The notes beneath the pieces were generated by a model. That model saw only the letters and a list, made by a program, of their open reading frames with translations, was not told the DNA's origin and made no database searches. From an uncultured Alphaproteobacteria bacterium (GTDB lineage Bacteria > Pseudomonadota > Alphaproteobacteria > Rhizobiales > Xanthobacteraceae), in the NCBI GenBank assembly GCA_963742665.1, contig CAVUNH010000020.1, positions 22,188 through 86,187 of the forward strand: a stretch of DNA of 64,000 bases. The letters are read 5' to 3'. A program made the position numbers and the translations under genes. This document shows positions 1-10,898 of the stretch, in pieces (position 1 is the stretch's first letter; each line of letters begins with the position of its first letter).

Positions 1-1145
1 ACGATCAGTTTCGTTCCGGCTCCGCGGTCCGTACCGCAACCGACGGGCTGCGTTCCCTGATCCTGCTGGAGGATCAGCTGGCGCAAAGCCCGGCCGGCAC
101 GCCGGCGGCCCGGCTGCAGTCGAGGGCGCAGAGCCGCGGTGTCGGCTTCGTCGAATTCGCCGTCGATGAGAACAAGGCGAAAGAGCTGTCCGGGCTGTTC
201 GGCCAGCTCGGCTTTCGCAAGACCGGCGCCCATCGCAGCAAGGACGTCGAGCGCTGGTCGCAAGGCAATATCGAGCTCGTGATCAATTGCGAGCCGGACG
301 GTTTTGCGCATTCGCATTACATCACCCATGGCCCCGGCGTCTGCGCCATTGCGATCGACGTCGATGATGCCGGAAAAACCATGGCCCGCGCGGAAGCCTT
401 GAAGGCGCACACCTTCTATTCTCCGGTTGGGCCGGGCGAGCTTGAAATTCCGGCGATCCGGGGCGTCGGCGGCAGCCTGCTGTATTTCCTGGAAACCGCG
501 GGCAAGAACTGGGACACCGATTTCGAAGCGCTGCGCAGCGACGCCGCGGCCGACCGCCTGATGGTGGTCGATCACATCTCGCAGTCGATGCCCTATGACG
601 AGATGCTGTCCTGGCTGTTGTTCTACACCGGAATCCTCGATCTGCAGCGCCTGCCGCAGATGGAGATCGCCGATCCCGTGGGTCTCGTGCAGTCCCAGGC
701 GCTGATCAACGGCAATCAGGGCCTGCGCGTGATCCTCAACGGTTCGTCGGCGACGCGTACGCTGTCGTCGCGCTTCATCAACGAATTCTTCGGCTCCGGG
801 GTCCAGCACATTGCGTTCTCCTGCGCCGATATTTTCGCCACCGTTGCGGATATGCGGGCGCGGGGTGCGGACTTCCTGAAGATTCCGGACAACTACTACG
901 ACGATATCGAAGCCAAATACGATCTCGATGCGGCGACCATGGCGGCACTTCGCGACAACCAGATTCTGTACGACCGCGAAGGCGACGGCGAATTCTTCCA
1001 GATCTATACCCACACGTTCGACGAGCGGTTCTTCTTCGAGATCGTGCAGCGGCGCAATTATGCGGGCTTTGGCGCCCCCAATGCCGCCGTTCGCCTCGCG
1101 GCCCAGACGCGGGAATCCCGGCGCTTGAACATGCCGCGCGCGTGA
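1..1145 (+). CDS. quiC: QuiC-like 3-dehydroshikimate dehydratase / HPPD-family fusion protein (5' truncated by window edge)
   Basis: Frame is open from base 3 (DQFRSGSAVRTATDGLRSL, end of the isomerase-like domain). It continues into an HPPD/VOC domain with DHISQ, GVQHIAF and FFFEIVQRR..GFG motifs. Confidence 0.75.
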   Translation, partial: DQFRSGSAVRTATDGLRSLILLEDQLAQSPAGTPAARLQSRAQSRGVGFVEFAVDENKAKELSGLFGQLGFRKTGAHRSKDVERWSQGNIELVINCEPDGFAHSHYITHGPGVCAIAIDVDDAGKTMARAEALKAHTFYSPVGPGELEIPAIRGVGGSLLYFLETAGKNWDTDFEALRSDAAADRLMVVDHISQSMPYDEMLSWLLFYTGILDLQRLPQMEIADPVGLVQSQALINGNQGLRVILNGSSATRTLSSRFINEFFGSGVQHIAFSCADIFATVADMRARGADFLKIPDNYYDDIEAKYDLDAATMAALRDNQILYDREGDGEFFQIYTHTFDERFFFEIVQRRNYAGFGAPNAAVRLAAQTRESRRLNMPRA

Positions 1146-1169
1146 GCGGGACCGGCGGCGGGGCCGCCG

Positions 1170-1730
1170 TCAGAATGTCGGCGGCGTGCAGGCGCTGATC
1201 ACCTCGCACGGCTTGGCGCCGACGCAGCGGAATCGATGCGGCCGGCGGCTTTCGAAATAATAGGCGTCGCCGGGCCCGAGGATGCGGCGCTCGCTGTCGA
1301 CCGTCACTTCCAGCCGGCCGGTGAGAACGATCCCGCCTTCTTCGCCGTCATGCACCAGCGGGATACGTCCGGTGTCGCCGCCGGGCTCGTAGCGCTCCTT
1401 CAAAATCTGTAACGTGCGGCCGAATAGATTGTCGCCGATCTGGCGGTAGGAGATCGGCCCCTTGCCGATCTCGCTCAATTCGTCGGAACGGTAAAACGCC
1501 TTGCGCGGGCGGTCGGGTTCGAGGGCGAAGAATTCCGCCATTCCCATCGGGATGCCGTCGAGGATGCGCTTGAGCGCGCCGACCGACGGATTCATCTGGT
1601 TGGATTCGATCAGCGAGATCGTCGAGTTGGTCACCCCCGACCGCTTGGCGAGTTCGCGCTGCGATAGCTTGTTGCGGGCGCGGACGAAGCGCAGCCGTTC
1701 GCCGACATCGATGCTCATCGACAGCCTCAT
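1170..1730 (-). CDS. XRE-HTH/cupin transcriptional regulator (PuuR-like)
   Basis: N-terminal SQRELAKRSGVTNSTISLIE helix-turn-helix; C-terminal cupin (HDGEEGG...PHRF); divergent from the aminotransferase. Confidence 0.9.
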   Translation of the reverse strand: MRLSMSIDVGERLRFVRARNKLSQRELAKRSGVTNSTISLIESNQMNPSVGALKRILDGIPMGMAEFFALEPDRPRKAFYRSDELSEIGKGPISYRQIGDNLFGRTLQILKERYEPGGDTGRIPLVHDGEEGGIVLTGRLEVTVDSERRILGPGDAYYFESRRPHRFRCVGAKPCEVISACTPPTF

Positions 1731-1884
1731 GGGTTAGGGGTCGTGCTGTTGAGTGTGTTGCGGATCGAACGAATGCTACCTAACGATACAAGCAAATTCA
1801 ATGACTTGTCTGGTTCTAGAAAAGGACTTGCTGCACATTCGTCAACATGGTGTCGATGGGACAAACCGCAATGGAGCGACGCCC

Positions 1885-3215
1885 GTGACCCTTCATCAGA
1901 TTCCGAACACCCTGCAGCTCGAATCGTTCTGGATGCCGTTCACGGCCAACCGTCAGTTCAAGGCCGCGCCGCGCCTGTTCGCCTCGGCGGAGGGCATGCA
2001 TTACACGACGGTCGACGGCCGCAAGGTGATCGACGGCTCGGCGGGACTGTGGTGCGTCAATGCCGGCCACGGCCGCCGGCAGATCGCCGCCGCCGTCGAG
2101 CGGCAGCTGATGAACCTCGATTTCGCGCCCTCGTTCCAGATGGGCCATCCGCTGGCGTTCGATTTCGCCGAGCGGCTGGCGGAGATCGCGCCAACGGGGC
2201 TCGATCGCATCTTCTTCACCAATTCCGGTTCTGAATCCGTCGATACCGCGCTGAAGATCGCGCTGGCCTATCATCGCGCCGCCGGCCAGCCGACCCGCAC
2301 GCGCCTGATCGGCCGCGAGCGCGGCTATCACGGCGTCGGCTTCGGCGGCATGTCGGTCGGCGGCATGGTCAACAACCGCCGCGCCTTCGCGACGCATTTG
2401 CCGGGCGTCGATCATATCGGCCACACCCACGACCTCGCCCGCAACGCTTTCTCGAAGGGGCCAGCCGGCGCACGGCGCCGAACTCGCCGACGACCTCGAG
2501 CGGCTGGTGGCGCTGCATGGCGCCGAGACCATTGCCGCCGTCATCGTCGAGCCGGTGCCGGGCTCGACCGCGGTGCTGCCGCCGCCGAAAAACTATCTGC
2601 AGCGGCTGCGCGCACTGTGCGACAAGCACGGCATCCTCCTGATCTTCGACGAAGTCATCACCGGCTTCGGCCGGCTCGGCGCGCCGTTCGCCGCGCAGCA
2701 TTTCGGCGTCACGCCGGATATGATGACGACCGCCAAGGGCATCACCAACGGCACCATTCCCTGCGGCGCGGTGTTCGCCAGCCGCAAGATCCACGACGCG
2801 CTTGATGACGGGTCCGCAAAGCCAGATCGAGCTGTTCCACGGCTACACCTATTCGGCGCATCCGGTGGCCTGCGCGGCCGGGATCGCGACGCTCGACATC
2901 TACAAGGACGAGGGCCTGCTGACGCGCGCAGCAACGCTCGCCGATTACTGGCAGGATGCCCTGCATTCGCTCAAGGGCCTTCCGAACGTGATCGACATCC
3001 GCAACGACGGCCTGATGGGCGCCGTCGAGCTCAGCGCCCGCAAGGATGCGCGTGGGCGCGCGCGGCTATGACGTCATGGTCGATTGCTTCAACCGCGGCC
3101 TTTATTTGCGCCAGAGCGGCGATTCCTTCGCGATGTCGCCGCCCTGATTGTCGAGCGCAGCCACATCGACGAGATGGTCTCGATCCTGGGTGAGGCGATC
3201 AAGGCGGTCGCCTGA
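1885..3215 (+). CDS. Class III omega-amino-acid (beta-alanine):pyruvate aminotransferase, split by indels
   Basis: FWMPFTANRQFK, GLWCVNAGH, FDEVITGFGR, TTAKG (PLP Lys) and HGYTYSAHP spread over successive frames; shifts near 2459, 2801, 3057, 3144. Confidence 0.88.
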
Positions 3216-3245
3216 GCGATGCCGCGGCAGAAAGCATGAGGGACC

Positions 3246-4513
3246 GTGAAAGTCCTGATACTCGGCAGCGGCGTCATCGGCGTCACCTCGGCCTATTACC
3301 TCGCGAGAGCCGGCCATGAGGTGACGGTCGTCGACCGTCAGCCGAAGCCGGCGCTGGAGACCAGCTTTGCCAATGCCGGCGAGGTGTCGCCCGGCTATTC
3401 CTCGCCATGGGCCGGCCCCGGCGTGCCGGTCAAGGCGATCAAGTGGCTCTTGATGAAGCACGGCCCGCTGGTGATCCGGCCCAAGCTCGATCCCGTCATG
3501 TGGCTCTGGCTCTTGAAGATGCTGCGCAACTGCACCGCGGAGCGTTACGCGGTCAACAAGCGGCGGATGATCCCGATCGCCGAATACAGCCGCGATTGCC
3601 TGCGCGCGCTGCGCAGCGAGACCGGCATTCGCTATGACGAGCGCGCGCGCGGCACGCTGCAACTGTTTCGCTACGCGGCCCAGCTCGATCATACCGCCGA
3701 CGATATCGCCGTGCTCAAGCAATATGGCGTGCCGTTCGAGGTGCTCGATCGCGCCGGCTGCGTCGCCGCGGAGCCGGCGCTGGCTGACGTCGCGGACAAG
3801 ATCGCCGGCGGACTGCGGTTGCCGCAGGACGAGACCGGCGATTGCCACATGTTCACGCAAGCGCTCGCGCTGGAGGCCGAAAAGCTCGGCGTGCGCTTCG
3901 CCTTCAATGTCGGGATCGAAGGCCTGAACGCGGACGCCACGCGCATCACGGGAGTCGCCACCTCGACCGGCGTGTTGCAGGCGGACGCCTATGTGGTCGC
4001 GCTCGGCAGCTGGTCGTCGCGACTGGTCCGGCCGCTCGGCATTTCGCTGCCCGGTCTATCCCGTCAAGGGTTACTCGATCACCGTGCCGATATCGGATCC
4101 GGATGCGGCGCCGGTATCGACGGTGATGGACGAAAGCTACAAGGTCGCGATCACGCGGCTCGGCGATCGCATCCGCGTCGGCGGCACCGCCGAAGTGTCC
4201 GGCTATTCGACCAAACTCTATCCGGCGCGGCGCGCGACGCTCGATCACTCGCTGACCGACCTGTTTCCGCGCGGCGGCGATCTCGGCAGAGGCCACCTTC
4301 TGGAGCGGGTTGCGGCCGATGACGCCCGACGGTCCGCCGGTGATCGGCGCGACGCGCTACGCCAACCTCCATCTCAACACCGGCCACGGCACGCTCGGCT
4401 GGACCATGGCGTGCGGCTCGGGGAGGGTGCTGGCGGACATGCTGTCGGGCCGCAAGCCCGACATCGATACGAGCGAGCTTGCGCTCACCCGTTACGATCA
4501 TCGCTTCGGATGA
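3246..4513 (+). CDS. dadA: D-amino acid dehydrogenase, split by indels near 4051 and 4290
   Basis: GSGVIG FAD motif, [35 protein letters not shown]. Confidence 0.92.
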
Positions 4514-4517
4514 ACGC

Positions 4518-5147
4518 CTATTTGGTGCCGTAGGCGCGGTCGCCGGCGTCGCCGAGACCCGGCAGGATGTAGGCGTTGTCGTCCAGCCCCTCGTCGATCG
4601 CAGCCAGCCAGATCGGAACGTCCGGGTGGATGCCGCGCATGCGCTCGACACCTTCGGGCGCGGCGATCAGGGCCACCAATCGTATCTCGTTGGCGCCGCG
4701 CTCCTTCAGCCGGTCGACCGCGGCGACGGCGAGGTTCGCCGTTGCCAGCACCGGTGCGATCACGATCACCAGCCGTTCGTTCAGATCGCTCGGCGCCTTG
4801 AAGAAATATTCGACGGCCACAAAGGTTTCCGGTTCGCGGTAAAGCCCGATATGCGCGATCCGCGCGGTCGGCACCAGGTCGAGCATGCCTTCCGCAAAGG
4901 TGATGCCGGCGCGCAGCACCGGCGCGAACACCAGCTTCTTGCCGGCGATCTGCGGCGACTTCATATGCGCCAGCGGCGTTTCGATCTCGACATCGGTGAG
5001 CGGCAGGTCGCGGGTGACCTCGTAACACAGGAGCATCCCGATCTCCTTGAGGAGCTCGCGAAACGACTTGGTCGAAATGTCCTTTTTCCGCAATAGCGTC
5101 AGCTTGTGCTGCACCAGAGGGTGGCTAACGATCGTAACGCCGTCCAT
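4518..5147 (-). CDS. upp: Uracil phosphoribosyltransferase (URC6-equivalent)
   Basis: [37 protein letters not shown]; the PRPP loop is atypical (IAPVLATAN). Confidence 0.9.
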   Translation of the reverse strand: MDGVTIVSHPLVQHKLTLLRKKDISTKSFRELLKEIGMLLCYEVTRDLPLTDVEIETPLAHMKSPQIAGKKLVFAPVLRAGITFAEGMLDLVPTARIAHIGLYREPETFVAVEYFFKAPSDLNERLVIVIAPVLATANLAVAAVDRLKERGANEIRLVALIAAPEGVERMRGIHPDVPIWLAAIDEGLDDNAYILPGLGDAGDRAYGTK

Positions 5148-5164
5148 GTTGCTAATCCCAAATC

Positions 5165-6410
5165 CTAGAAAACCGTGCCGTCGCTGATGACTTTCACCGG
5201 CGGCGAGCCGTCGGCGCGGCGTTCGCGCGCCAGCAGCCGGCCCGCCGCCCACGTTCCGCCCTCGAGAATTTTTGCCAGCGGCATCGACGTGGCATCGCGG
5301 CCAAGCCGCTGCCGCAGACCGTCGGCGACGCGGTCGAGCAGCGCCACCGTCAGCGCGCGCCATTCCACCACCAGCGGTGACGCCACCTCGTGCGCCTGCT
5401 GCGCTGCTTCCGGATCGCGAAACGCGAGCACGCCGGTATCGACGAACAGCCCGCCATTGCGATATTCGGCAAGGCCGGTGAGGCCGTCGATATCGGTCAC
5501 CTCGATGCCGGCCGTTTGCAGCGGTTCGATCAGGGAATAGGCCAGCCATTGCGACAGCTTGTGCAGCGGCACCAGGCCGCTGGTCGCATCCGCGGTCGTC
5601 AGCGCCGGATGCTTCCAGCAATCGCCGAGCGCGATCCCGCCGAGCGTCAGCCGCGATGGCCAGACCGGTCCGAGCTGTTGCAGCAGTTCCGACAGAATCG
5701 TCGGGGCGGGAAGGCTTCCGCCGTCGGCCAGCATCGCAAGTCGATCGAACAGGCCGCCGGGCCGCGGCGTGTCAACGCTGCCGAATATTTCCGGTTTCGA
5801 GGCCACCAGCCCGCCGAGGCGGCGCAACAGATCCGCGCGACCCTCGAGCCCGACCAGCGGATTGCCGTCGGAGACCTGCATGCCGCGCTCGAGGTCGGCT
5901 ACGCCAAAATTCGCAAGCACGCCGGCATCGACCCGCAAGGGCTCACGCGGATCGGCCGAGAATGCGCCGCTCGCGAACATCGCAAGGCTCGCCAGCCCCA
6001 ATCCTTCCGAACGGCCGATCGCCGATCCGGTCTGGGGATCGCGGTAGCGCCACGATCGGCCCGGCGCCGGCATCGAGAAAGACGCTGACGATGGCGAGAT
6101 CGAATTCGGCCCGGGCGCGCGCGGCGCGATCGGGCCATTTGGCGCGGTCGGCGATATCGGCCCAGCGATTTTCTCCGTTCGTGACGAAGTGCCGCCAGCG
6201 CGAATGAAAGGGAATTTCGAGCGAAGGATAGGCCTTGCGCGTCGTCTTCAGCACCAGGTCGATGGCGTCGTCCATGCGATCGAGGTCGATGCGAAAGTTC
6301 GGCAAGCCGTCTTCAAGACCGATCGCGAGCATGCGATGCGCGCGTTCGCGGACCGCCCTGGCACTCAGCAATGACAGGGCGGCCGACGTCTCCGGATTGG
6401 CAAGCGACAC
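5165..6410 (-). CDS. URC4/Urg3 (DUF1688) family protein, indel near 6058
   Basis: [62 protein letters not shown]. Confidence 0.9.
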
Positions 6411-6419
6411 GGCCGCCTC

Positions 6420-7670
6420 TCAATATTTCTCGAGCGAACGGCCGACCGGGTTGGCCGGATCCTGCTGCGGCTCGGCCGTGTAGTAGCCGGCGGCCTTCTT
6501 GGCCGCGATTTCGACATGCGCGTCGGCGGGCACGAGCTCGTCGGGAATCGGCACGCGCTCGACGATCTCGATGCCCTGGCCGGTCAGCGCGTCGTACTTC
6601 ATGTCGCTCATGGACACGAAGCGGTCGATCCGCTTCAGCCCGAGCCAGTGCACCACGTCCGGCATCAATTGCTGGAAGCGGGCGTCCTGCACGCCGGCGA
6701 CGCATTCGGTGCGCTCGAAATACTGGGCCGCGGCGTCGCCGCCTTCCTGGCGCTTGCGCGCGTTATAGACCAGGAATTTGGTGACCTCGCCGAGCGCGCG
6801 GCCTTCCTTGCGGTTGTAGATGATGATGCCGAGCCCGCCGGTCTGGCCGGCGCGCGCGCATTCCTCGATGCCGTGGATGAGATAGGGACGGCAGGTGCAG
6901 ATGTCCGAGCCGAACACGTCCGAGCCGTTGCATTCGTCATGCACGCGGCAGGTGATCTTCGTCGTGTGGTCCGGCAGCTTGGTGACGTCGCCGAACAGAT
7001 AGGCCGTGGTGCCGCCGATCGGCGGCAGGAAGACCTGCAGATCGGGCCGTGTCACCAGCTCCGGAAACATGCCCGCGGTCTGCTCGAACAATTGCCGGCG
7101 CAGATTGTTCTCGGTGGTGGCGAAGCGCGCCGCCAGGCCCGGCAGATACCAGACCGGGTCGATCGCGATCTTGACCACGGAGACGCTGCCGTTCTTGTGC
7201 ACGACGTCGCCGTCGTGCTTCAGCCGCCCGGCTTCGATCGCCGCCTGCAGTTCGGGCAGGTCGAGGCGCGCGCGGGTGATGGCGATGCTCGGACGGATGT
7301 CGATGCCCTCGGCGATCTCGCTCGCGAAATTTTCCGCGACGAGATGTCCCCATGGATCGAGCGAAACGATCCGCTGCGGGTCGGTCCATTGCGGAAACGG
7401 CCCGATCGTCTCGGCAGGATGGGTGTTGGTGAGATCCGGACGCCGGATCGGGTCGAGCGCGCCGCATGAAACGGCGAGCGCGCGGTAGACCGAGTAGGAA
7501 CCGCCATGGGTGCCGATCACGTTGCGATCCTGCGGACGCGACACCGTGCCGATCACCGGCCCGCGCTCGCGCGCGCTGGCGGCGCCCCAGGCAATCGGGA
7601 ATTTGAGCTTGGCACCCGGCGCCGGGTGCGAGGTGATGCGGATATGGTCAACCCGATTGGAACGAGTCAT
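6420..7670 (-). CDS. URC1-type GTP cyclohydrolase II-like protein (with GTP_CH_N domain)
   Basis: RNVIGTHGGSYSVYRALA N-domain; RVHDECNGSDVFGSDICTC Zn motif; EGRALGEVTK; in an operon with URC4 and upp. Confidence 0.9.
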   Translation of the reverse strand: MTRSNRVDHIRITSHPAPGAKLKFPIAWGAASARERGPVIGTVSRPQDRNVIGTHGGSYSVYRALAVSCGALDPIRRPDLTNTHPAETIGPFPQWTDPQRIVSLDPWGHLVAENFASEIAEGIDIRPSIAITRARLDLPELQAAIEAGRLKHDGDVVHKNGSVSVVKIAIDPVWYLPGLAARFATTENNLRRQLFEQTAGMFPELVTRPDLQVFLPPIGGTTAYLFGDVTKLPDHTTKITCRVHDECNGSDVFGSDICTCRPYLIHGIEECARAGQTGGLGIIIYNRKEGRALGEVTKFLVYNARKRQEGGDAAAQYFERTECVAGVQDARFQQLMPDVVHWLGLKRIDRFVSMSDMKYDALTGQGIEIVERVPIPDELVPADAHVEIAAKKAAGYYTAEPQQDPANPVGRSLEKY

Positions 7671-8024
7671 TGCCACGAACCCTGAAACGGCGACGGCCCG
7701 CCTGTAAAGGACGGGCCTGGTCACCAACGATCAAATCAGCAGCGGTTGCAGCTGAGAGAGTAATATAAGCAAATTATGCCCGGGCACAACGGCGATTTGG
7801 CCGCCGTTGCCGCTAAGTTGCACCGGTTGTTAACCTTTTCGGCCCGGGCACTGTGGCCGGCGCGACCGATCATTGTCAAAAAGCGAGCGTGTGCTTTGCA
7901 GCATTCGTTGTTTGACTTCACGCAAACCAAAACTTTAACTGCTGACGCGATTGAACCGACAAGGGCTCCGCACACTGCTTCATTTTTATACAACGCGGCC
8001 ACAAAACTAGTCAGAAAGCCATCG

Positions 8025-8959
8025 ATGCGCGTGATCAATGTCGCCGCCGCCCAGTTGGGCCCGATCCAGAAAGCCGACAGCCGCGCAAGCCGTCGTCAGG
8101 CGCATGATCGCGTTGATGGACGAAGCCAAGGCGAAGGGCGCCGACCTGATCGTTTATCCGGAACTCGCGCTCACCACGTTCTTTCCGCGCTGGTACATGG
8201 AGGACCAGGCTGAGGTCGATGCCTGGTTCGAACGCGAGATGCCGAATGCGGCGACGCAGCCGCTGTTCGAACGCGCCGCGCGACATCAGATCGCGATGAG
8301 CTTTGGTTACGCCGAACTGACGCCTGACGGACACCATTTCAACACCAGCATCCTCACCGACAAGATCCGGCAAGATTGTCGGCAAATACCGCAAGATTCA
8401 TCTGCCGGGCCATTCTGAGTTCGATACCGAACGCGCCTTCCAGCATCTGGAGAAGCGCTATTTCGAGCCCGGCGATCTCGGCTTCAAGGTCTGGCGCACG
8501 CTCGGCGGCATCCTCGGCATGGCGGTCTGCAACGACCGCCGCTGGCCGGAGACCTATCGCGTCATGGGCCTGCAAGGCGTCGAGATGGTGCTGATCGGCT
8601 ACAACACGCCTTCAAGCAATCCCGAGAAGAAGGAGGAGGCGCTGGAGAAGCGCATGTTCCACAACCGCCTGTCCGCGCAGGCCGGCGCCTACCAGAATTC
8701 GACCTGGGTCGTGAGCGTCGCCAAGGCCGGCGTCGAGGACGATCATCCCCTGATCGGCGGCAGCCTGATCGTCAATCCGGACGGCGAGATCGTCGTCGAG
8801 GCCAGCACTGAAGAGGATGAACTGTTGGTTCACGCCTGCGACCTCGACATCACCGCCTTCGGCAAGAATACGATCTTCAATTTCGCGGAACACCGCCGCA
8901 TCGAGCATTACGGTTTGATTGCGAGCCGCACCGGCGCGATACCGCCTCCGGAAAACTAG
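8025..8959 (+). CDS. N-carbamoyl-D-amino-acid amidohydrolase (nitrilase superfamily), indels near 8084 and 8366
   Basis: AAAQLGPI, YPELALTTFFPRW (Glu), YRKIHLPGH (Lys), CNDRRWPE (Cys). Confidence 0.88.
8855..8959 (+). repeat. Copy 1 of a 105-bp imperfect direct repeat (last 35 codons of the carbamoylase gene)
   Basis: Aligns gap-free with 9890-9994; 14 mismatches by manual alignment. Confidence 0.95.
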
Positions 8960-9059
8960 GCAATCACCGCAGCAAGAACGGGAGACCGAGTGAGTTCATC
9001 GGTGCCGCAGTCGATGAAAGATGAGGTTGCGCATGGCCTCCGTGCATAAGCCCGATGCT

Positions 9060-9758
9060 CTACAATCCCTCCTGCTCATAAAGCTGACAATCAGTCTGAC
9101 CGAGGTTTCGAGATAGCACCGTCCATTCCGCACGGACAAAAGGATGAAGGGATGCCACCGCCAATCCGTTTGCCCGTACAGCCCGGAGCAAAGGCATGAC
9201 GTCCTGATGGTCTCCCACCTGAGGGAAAAAATTGGTTTGAAACACTTTGCAGCGGTGGAAACCGGCAGGTACATCCCCAAATTCGGCCCACCATTTGACA
9301 TCCCCGTTTTTCGTTCTCTTCGAGAAGACGGTTCGACCACTATAGCCGGAAAGTTCGAAGACCATCGAGCCATATGACTTGTCTTGAAACGCCAACGGGC
9401 CGAACAGCCAGATATCCCACGACTGGCGCTTCTTGCTGTGCATTATCTCCGCAAAACCACCATTTGCGATATCATTGTGGTCCTGGGCGAAATGCTTGAG
9501 GTCAAAGAGCTCGTCGTCTTCTATGGTTCTTTTGTGCTTGATGGCCGTTATGGATTTTTTTCCAGGGCCGGTATAAAGGATATTGTGCCACGCTTCATTT
9601 GTCGCTGACGCGCCATAGCTGTGAATTTCGCAGATTGGTACGTGCTCGCCATCCCTCGACACCAGATAAAAGCCGAGGGCTTCCGAGCCCATGACAGGAC
9701 CAGAACAGGCGCGGCCGCGGATGTGGGGGGAGCGGGGGTGATGGGGATGCTTGGCCAT
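9060..9758 (-). CDS. Hypothetical ORFan (~232 aa), lower GC
   Basis: Long ORF in AT-richer DNA; the ATG at 9758 overlaps the TAA of an upstream fragment (TAATG coupling). No family recognised. Confidence 0.6.
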   Translation of the reverse strand: MAKHPHHPRSPHIRGRACSGPVMGSEALGFYLVSRDGEHVPICEIHSYGASATNEAWHNILYTGPGKKSITAIKHKRTIEDDELFDLKHFAQDHNDIANGGFAEIMHSKKRQSWDIWLFGPLAFQDKSYGSMVFELSGYSGRTVFSKRTKNGDVKWWAEFGDVPAGFHRCKVFQTNFFPQVGDHQDVMPLLRAVRANGLAVASLHPFVRAEWTVLSRNLGQTDCQLYEQEGL

Positions 9759-9889
9759 TAAGGAAACTCCCTGGGGCCCGAACCGGCGCCCTCGAAGTGA
9801 GGTATTTTCGTCCAATTATTGTGGAGGACGCGCTGGCGAAAGACCTTGCCATTCCCATGATTTTCGATCGAGATTTCCTTCCACTTTGA
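9758..9889 (-). pseudogene. 3' remnant of an unknown gene (..SKWKEISIENHGNGKVFRQRVLHNNWTKIPHFEGAGSGPREFP*)
   Basis: Protein-like frame ending in a TAA coupled to the ORFan start; its upstream part is replaced by repeat copy 2. Confidence 0.4.
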
Positions 9890-9994
9890 GCCTTCGGAAT
9901 GAATACCATTTTCAACTTTGCGGAACATCGCCGTATCGAGCATTACGGCCTGATCTCGAGCCGTACCGGCGCGATACCGCCTCCGGAAAATTAG
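9890..9994 (+). repeat. Copy 2: displaced 3' end of the carbamoylase gene
   Basis: Translates AFGMNTIFNFAEHRRIEHYGLISSRTGAIPPPEN* versus AFGKNTIFNFAEHRRIEHYGLIASRTGAIPPPEN* in copy 1. Confidence 0.95.
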
Positions 9995-10026
9995 GGGGTG
10001 AAATCGAAACCATGAATCTGCCGGGC

Positions 10027-10112
10027 GGACGGCTTGCCAGAGTCCGTTGTGCACCGATAGCGACCAAATTCTGCAGCACAGCTAGATGACGCGATGTGCC
10101 AACAAGCGACAT
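10027..10112. repeat. Paired imperfect-hairpin intergenic element (GTCCG..N..AGCGAC type), left of ORFan
   Basis: gtccgttgtgcaccgatagcgac and atgacgcgatgtgccaacaagcgacat; resembles recurrent rhizobial repeats (recall). Confidence 0.55.
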
Positions 10113-10186
10113 GGCCGTAGTTCGACTACTGGTTGTGGATGCTGACCATTTGTGGCAGTGATCCGCGCAGTTCGAACGCATGGAGA

Positions 10187-10877
10187 ATGCGGGTGCGCGG
10201 CCGCTCGACAGTCCTGATTGTGATTGCGCTCTGCGTGGCAGCATTAGTCGGCTGCTATATGTTCAATTATCCTGTCTACACTTACCGGTACCGCTTGACG
10301 ATCAATATCGAACTCGATGGCAAAGTGCATTCCGGCTCGAGTGTTATAGAGATCGGATGGCAGGAGGGCATCAAACTTGGAGATGCAGGCGGTTTTGCGC
10401 CACTTATTCGGGGCCAAGCAGCGATTGTCGATCTTAGCGACCGCGGCGTAGTGATTGCGACGCTCATAACGGGCGAGGGTTACGGTACCGCAGGAGACGG
10501 GGCGTTAGCAGCGATATCGATCGTGCCGAGAGCTTTTGGAAAAGCCAGTACCGCCGAACAGATTCAGGATCTGCCCAATCTGCGGGGGAAGCGAAATCTG
10601 GAGGCTAACGACCTGCCACGTTTTCTTTGGCTTTCGAGCAAGGATGATGTCACGACGGCACGAAAGCTACACGTACAAGGATCCAGAAGTTCTTGGTCCG
10701 TCAGCTCGTTTTGCGGGCACCTCCGTCGAGATCACGGAAGATCCAATCGTGATCGACATTCGAGAGCGACTTCCATGGCTCAAGTCATTGGATCGCAAGC
10801 GTCCCGAACCTGATCCTATCTATCTACCGGATGGACTCGGAATAACTCGCTATATGTTCATTGGAGATGGGTCATAG
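10187..10877 (+). CDS. Membrane-anchored hypothetical protein (YRYRLT..SGSSVIE family), indel near 10670-10680
   Basis: N-terminal hydrophobic anchor, YTYRYRLTINIELDGKVHSGSSVIE, GQAAIVDL; C-terminus ITEDPI..RLPWL lies in another frame; lower GC. Confidence 0.7.
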
Positions 10878-10898
10878 GATTAGGACTAACCGCGCCGT

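Noticed and set aside
6420-7670. ribA (riboflavin synthesis)
   Set aside because: The N-terminal extension and the URC4/upp context indicate the URC1 subfamily.
8855-9994. DGR template/variable repeat pair
   Set aside because: Mismatches are mostly third-position synonymous, not adenine-specific, and there is no reverse transcriptase in the window.
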